From positions 3,870,001 through 3,902,000 of the forward strand of contig NC_007517.1 of assembly GCF_000012925.1 (NCBI RefSeq): a DNA stretch of 32,000 nucleotides, in the 5' to 3' direction. Both the position numbers and the translations under genes were made by a program. The first letter of the stretch is position 1, and each line of letters starts with the position of its first letter. This stretch comes from Geobacter metallireducens GS-15 (GTDB lineage: Bacteria; Desulfobacterota; Desulfuromonadia; Geobacterales; Geobacteraceae). Below are positions 28,624 through 32,000 of this stretch, in pieces. The notes under the pieces were generated by a model, which made no database searches, had not been told where the DNA came from, and saw only the letters and a program-made list of their open reading frames with translations.

Positions 28624-29934
28624 TCATACTTCCACGAAGACGCCGTGAGGGGGAGGGTCGAGGCGGTAGTAGCGGCGGATCGCCTCGATCTTGACCACAT
28701 CGAGGCGTACCCCCCGGTTGAGGAGAAGGAGGCCGGTGCCACTGTATATGTCGCGGGAGAGCACTTGGCCGACAAAAAGCTCGGCGATTCCCACCTCGAC
28801 CTCGCCGAGTTTCCTGGTATCCGTTTCCTTCACATAGTAGACGTGCTTGGCGAACTTGCGCAGGGACTCATAGAGGGACGGATCGAGCTTCTTCCCCAAC
28901 TCGGCGGCGACGCTCCGCAGGCCGTAGTCGATGGCAGTGTAACCGTGCAGCTTCTGTATGGCCCTATCGAGAAAATCGGCTATGGCGATGATGCGGGAGC
29001 CGAGGGGAATAGCCTCTCCCCGCAGGCCGTCGGGGTAACCGCTGCCGTCGTAATGCTCGTGGTGATGGCGGATGAGGACCCCGGCAGGGGTGAGCTCCTC
29101 AATGGCGTCAATGGCCGTCTGCCCCCTCACGGCATGGAGCATGTACTCTCTCAGCTCTCCCGGAGTCATCTCTGACAGGTCCTTCTTCAGGATCGCATCA
29201 GCTATCCCCAACTCCCCGATGTCGTGGAGCAGGGCCGCGTTGTGCACCGTCTCCACCTCCCCGGCGGAAACCCCCATTGCCTGGGCAATGTTCATGGCGA
29301 GGGTCGCCACGGTTTCGGCGTGACGCTTTTTCCCCCCCAGTTCTATAAGCCGGGAAAACGCCGTGACGGTGTCCTTGAAATTGCTCCGGAGCCGTTCGTT
29401 GAGCTCTTTCAGGTTTTCGTGTTTCTTCCGGATCTCGGTAGTCTGCTCGAGGACCCGCACCTTCAGGTTCTCATTCCACTCCTTGAGCTCCTCGTTCTGC
29501 TTGTTGACGATCTCCGTGAGGCGCCGGTTCTCCTGAACGAGCCGGTACTGGTTGACCGCGTCGCGGATGATCTGGACCAGTTCCTCGTCGTTCCACGGCT
29601 TGGTGATGTACCGATAGGCGCCGCCGCGATTGATGGCATCCACAGTTGCCGAAATGTCTGCGTATCCGGTCAGCATGATCCGGAGTGTCTCGGGGAACAT
29701 CTCCCGGACCTGGGCCAGAAACTGGACCCCGGTGATCTCGGGCATCCGCTGATCGGACACGATAACCCCCACGTCCTCCGTCTCCATGAGAATCCGCAGT
29801 CCTTCCCTGGCCGACGGAGCGGTGATGACCTCGAACTCCTCATCCATGAAAACCCTGCTCAGGGACTTGAGCATGTTTTCCTCGTCATCGACGAAAAGCA
29901 CCCGTACCGGTGCAGTTTCCGGCAGTTCATACAT
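28624..29934 (-). CDS. RpfG-type response regulator: REC + HD-GYP c-di-GMP phosphodiesterase + C-terminal extension
   Basis: ATG 29934 (MYELPE...) has GAGGGAG upstream, and I prefer it over the track start at 30063. REC: VLFVDDEENMLKSL...VIVSDQRMPEITG...YITKPWNDEEL. HD-GYP: LLHDIGE and HHHEHYDGSGYPDGLRGEAIPLGSRIIAIAD. Confidence 0.9.
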   Translation of the reverse strand: MYELPETAPVRVLFVDDEENMLKSLSRVFMDEEFEVITAPSAREGLRILMETEDVGVIVSDQRMPEITGVQFLAQVREMFPETLRIMLTGYADISATVDAINRGGAYRYITKPWNDEELVQIIRDAVNQYRLVQENRRLTEIVNKQNEELKEWNENLKVRVLEQTTEIRKKHENLKELNERLRSNFKDTVTAFSRLIELGGKKRHAETVATLAMNIAQAMGVSAGEVETVHNAALLHDIGELGIADAILKKDLSEMTPGELREYMLHAVRGQTAIDAIEELTPAGVLIRHHHEHYDGSGYPDGLRGEAIPLGSRIIAIADFLDRAIQKLHGYTAIDYGLRSVAAELGKKLDPSLYESLRKFAKHVYYVKETDTRKLGEVEVGIAELFVGQVLSRDIYSGTGLLLLNRGVRLDVVKIEAIRRYYRLDPPPHGVFVEV

Positions 29935-30067
29935 GAACGTGTACTCCCTCTTTACTATCGTTCGGCAATAATTCCCTTTTCTTGAATGCGGAAATATCCG
30001 CGGAGAGCCGCTCCAAGGAGTTGAGAATATGCTCTTCATCATCCACGAACAGAATTTTGGCACTCAT
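29927..30067 (-). pseudogene. Stub of a receiver-domain gene (46-codon ORF, only the first 21 codons or so are REC-like)
   Basis: The ATG at 30067 forms an ATGA overlap with the hybrid-kinase stop. The ORF reads MSAKILFVDDEEHILNSLERL, then unrelated SADISAFKKRELLPNDSKEGVHVHV*. The REC-like part parallels VRVLFVDDEENMLKSLSRVF of the next gene. The DNA after the stub is visibly AT-richer. Confidence 0.45.
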
Positions 30068-32000
30068 AGGGGTTCCTCCCCATTGAAGACAAGAACGATT
30101 CCCTCCTGCTCCCCCTCCTTGAGATACACCCCCAGACTCCGGACTCCGGCGACACCGGCCAATAGCCGGCACATGGAGGTCTTTTCCCGGGCGAGCTCGT
30201 CAATGAACGCACAGATCTCCGGCGACAGGGCTTCGGCTGCGCCTCTACCGACGACTGCGTATTCATCGAGCCCCAGAAGCCGCGCCGCACTCCGGTTGCA
30301 TTGGACCACCGTCCCCTCCGTGTCCATCCCCAGGACCCCCACCGGCAAAGCGTCGAGGATGTTCTGGGCGGCACTGAGGGCCCGGTTGCGGAACAGGACT
30401 TCCTCGGTCCGTTCGGCAACGATCGCCTCCAGGTTCTCGTTCATAAGGACGAGCTCCTCGTTGGACCGGCTCAACTCATCAAGGAGCTTGGCGTTATGCT
30501 TTTGGAGCTGGTACTTCTCCAGGGCGTTTATCACTGTAACCCTGAGTTCGTCGTCGGTCCACGGCTTGGGGACGAACTTGTAGATCTGCCCCTCGTTGAT
30601 GGCGGCGACAATGGCGGCCGTGTCGGCATACCCCGACAGGACGATGCGGACCGTGTCGGGCCACTGGGTACAGACCTTACGGAGAAAATCGACCCCGTTC
30701 ATGACCGGCATCCGGTAGTCAGAGATAACGATCTGCACCGGGGACTCCCGCTCGAGGATTTCCAGCCCCTCGGCCGCCGACGAAGCGGTAAGGATGTCGT
30801 AGTTGTCGTCGAGGAACATCCGTCCCAGCGACCGGAGCACGTTCATCTCATCATCCACACAGAGAATGCGTACCTGTTCGTCCATATCAGTTCCTCTCCC
30901 GGACAGGGACCGCACGGTGAAGGTGGTCCCCCGGCCTTGCTCGCTCTCCACGGTAATCTCGCCGCCGTGCTTCTTCACGATGTCGTAGCTGATGGAAAGC
31001 CCGAGCCCCGTCCCCTTTCCCACCTCCTTGGTGGTGAAGAAGGGCTCGAAGATCCGGGCTCTGATCTCCTCGGGAATCCCGCAGCCAGTGTCGGAAATGG
31101 CAATGAAGGCGTCCTCCCCCTCACGCCAGGTCCGGACGGTAATCTCTCCCTGGCTCTCGATGGCATGGCCGGCATTCACGAGGAGATTCATGAATACCTG
31201 GTTGAGCTGCTGGGGGTTGCACCGCAGGGGAGGGACGTCGCCGTACTCCTTCTTGAGAGTCGCTTTGTACTTCAACTCGTTCCAGACGATGTTGATGGTG
31301 CTGTCGAGGCACTCGCGCAGATCCACCACCTTCACCTCTGCCTCATCCACCCGGGAGAATCCCTTGAGATCCTGCACGATCTTCTTCACCCGCTCCGCCC
31401 CGTCGAGGGATTCGGTGATGAGGCCGTCGATGTCTCCCATGATGTACTCTATCTTCAGCGTCTTTTTTGCTTGGGCGAGGCGCTGCGACACCGCTTCCCC
31501 TTCCAGTTCGGCGATGGTCTCATCCTGGGCGGCGATGAATTCCCGAATCCGTCCCAGATACTTACCGAGGGTTCCGAGGTTGCTCATGATGAAACCGATG
31601 GGATTGTTGATCTCATGGGCCACGCCGGCGGCCAGCTGCCCGATGGAGGCCATTTTTTCCCGCTGGAGCATCTGTCCCTGGGCCTCCTTCAACTCGCCGT
31701 AGGCCTTCTCCAGGGCTTCGCCGACCTTTTTCAGCTCCGTGGTATCGTGAAGTGTGACGACGCTCCCACTCATCCCGCTTTCATTTTTTTGTCTGAAGGG
31801 GTAGATGGCGCAGAAGAACCAGCGTTCCGTCAACCTGTGGAAGAGCTCTCCTCCCTCTTGGGTGAACCGGATCCTCTCCATCTCGGGCGAGAGAACGATC
31901 GAACGCCACTCTCTCCCAAGGACATCCTGGTAGGGAAGACCGGCAAGCTCGACGACGGCCCGGTTGCAGCGCCGGATGTGTCCTTCGTTGTCCGTCAGGA
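30064..32000 (-). CDS. Hybrid sensor kinase PAS-HisKA-HATPase-REC-PAS (5' end outside window)
   Basis: The frame stays open upstream of the track start to the window edge (..LTDNEGHIRRCNRAVVELAGLPYQDVLGREWRSIVLSPEMERIRF.., PAS-like). H-box EKMASIGQLAAGVAHEINNPIGF; HATPase DTGCGI and GKGTGLGLSISYDIVKKHGG. REC: ILCVDDEMNVLRSL...VISDYRMPVMNG...FVPKPWTDDEL. A PAS-like segment of about 100 aa ends the protein. Confidence 0.9.
   Translation of the reverse strand, partial: LTDNEGHIRRCNRAVVELAGLPYQDVLGREWRSIVLSPEMERIRFTQEGGELFHRLTERWFFCAIYPFRQKNESGMSGSVVTLHDTTELKKVGEALEKAYGELKEAQGQMLQREKMASIGQLAAGVAHEINNPIGFIMSNLGTLGKYLGRIREFIAAQDETIAELEGEAVSQRLAQAKKTLKIEYIMGDIDGLITESLDGAERVKKIVQDLKGFSRVDEAEVKVVDLRECLDSTINIVWNELKYKATLKKEYGDVPPLRCNPQQLNQVFMNLLVNAGHAIESQGEITVRTWREGEDAFIAISDTGCGIPEEIRARIFEPFFTTKEVGKGTGLGLSISYDIVKKHGGEITVESEQGRGTTFTVRSLSGRGTDMDEQVRILCVDDEMNVLRSLGRMFLDDNYDILTASSAAEGLEILERESPVQIVISDYRMPVMNGVDFLRKVCTQWPDTVRIVLSGYADTAAIVAAINEGQIYKFVPKPWTDDELRVTVINALEKYQLQKHNAKLLDELSRSNEELVLMNENLEAIVAERTEEVLFRNRALSAAQNILDALPVGVLGMDTEGTVVQCNRSAARLLGLDEYAVVGRGAAEALSPEICAFIDELAREKTSMCRLLAGVAGVRSLGVYLKEGEQEGIVLVFNGEEPL

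Overview
High-GC bacterial chromosome segment; the gene content and receiver-rich signalling suggest a Geobacter-like Desulfuromonadota genome, but that is inference only. There are four strand blocks. (1) 1-1885 (+): the 3' end of a YeeE/YedE-type sulfur transporter gene, a TusA/YeeD-like gene and an overlapping Cys-rich PAS histidine kinase. (2) 1900-12376 (-): a four-gene cluster of His-rich envelope proteins, probably metal handling (small membrane protein, periplasmic His-tailed protein, secreted CxC protein, EamA/DMT transporter with 23 His in its last 60 residues). It is followed by a complete TetR / TolC / HlyD / 2x ABC ATPase / 2x ABC-2 permease exporter operon that carries the relic of a second TetR gene. 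(3) 12655-22791 (+): trehalose biosynthesis genes treZ-treY-treS(maltokinase fusion) and a ClC channel with CBS domains. This block ends in a decayed junction at 22792-23505: pirin gene relic, AT-richer DNA, a 26-nt tRNA-Asn-like 5' fragment and a bidirectional terminator. (4) 23506-32000 (-): the most unusual part, a tightly coupled and entirely cytoplasmic signalling operon. It runs hybrid PAS kinase > receiver stub > REC-HD-GYP > MglA-type small GTPase > soluble kinase > REC-fused GspE/PilB-type ATPase with a C-terminal double zinc ribbon > REC protein with an unassigned C-terminal domain. The usual partners (MglB, PilC/GspF platform, pilins, diguanylate cyclase) are absent. I know of no characterised system with this composition. 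No CRISPR array, transposase, integrase or intact RNA gene was recognised. All family calls rest on motifs read by eye and need HMM or BLAST confirmation.
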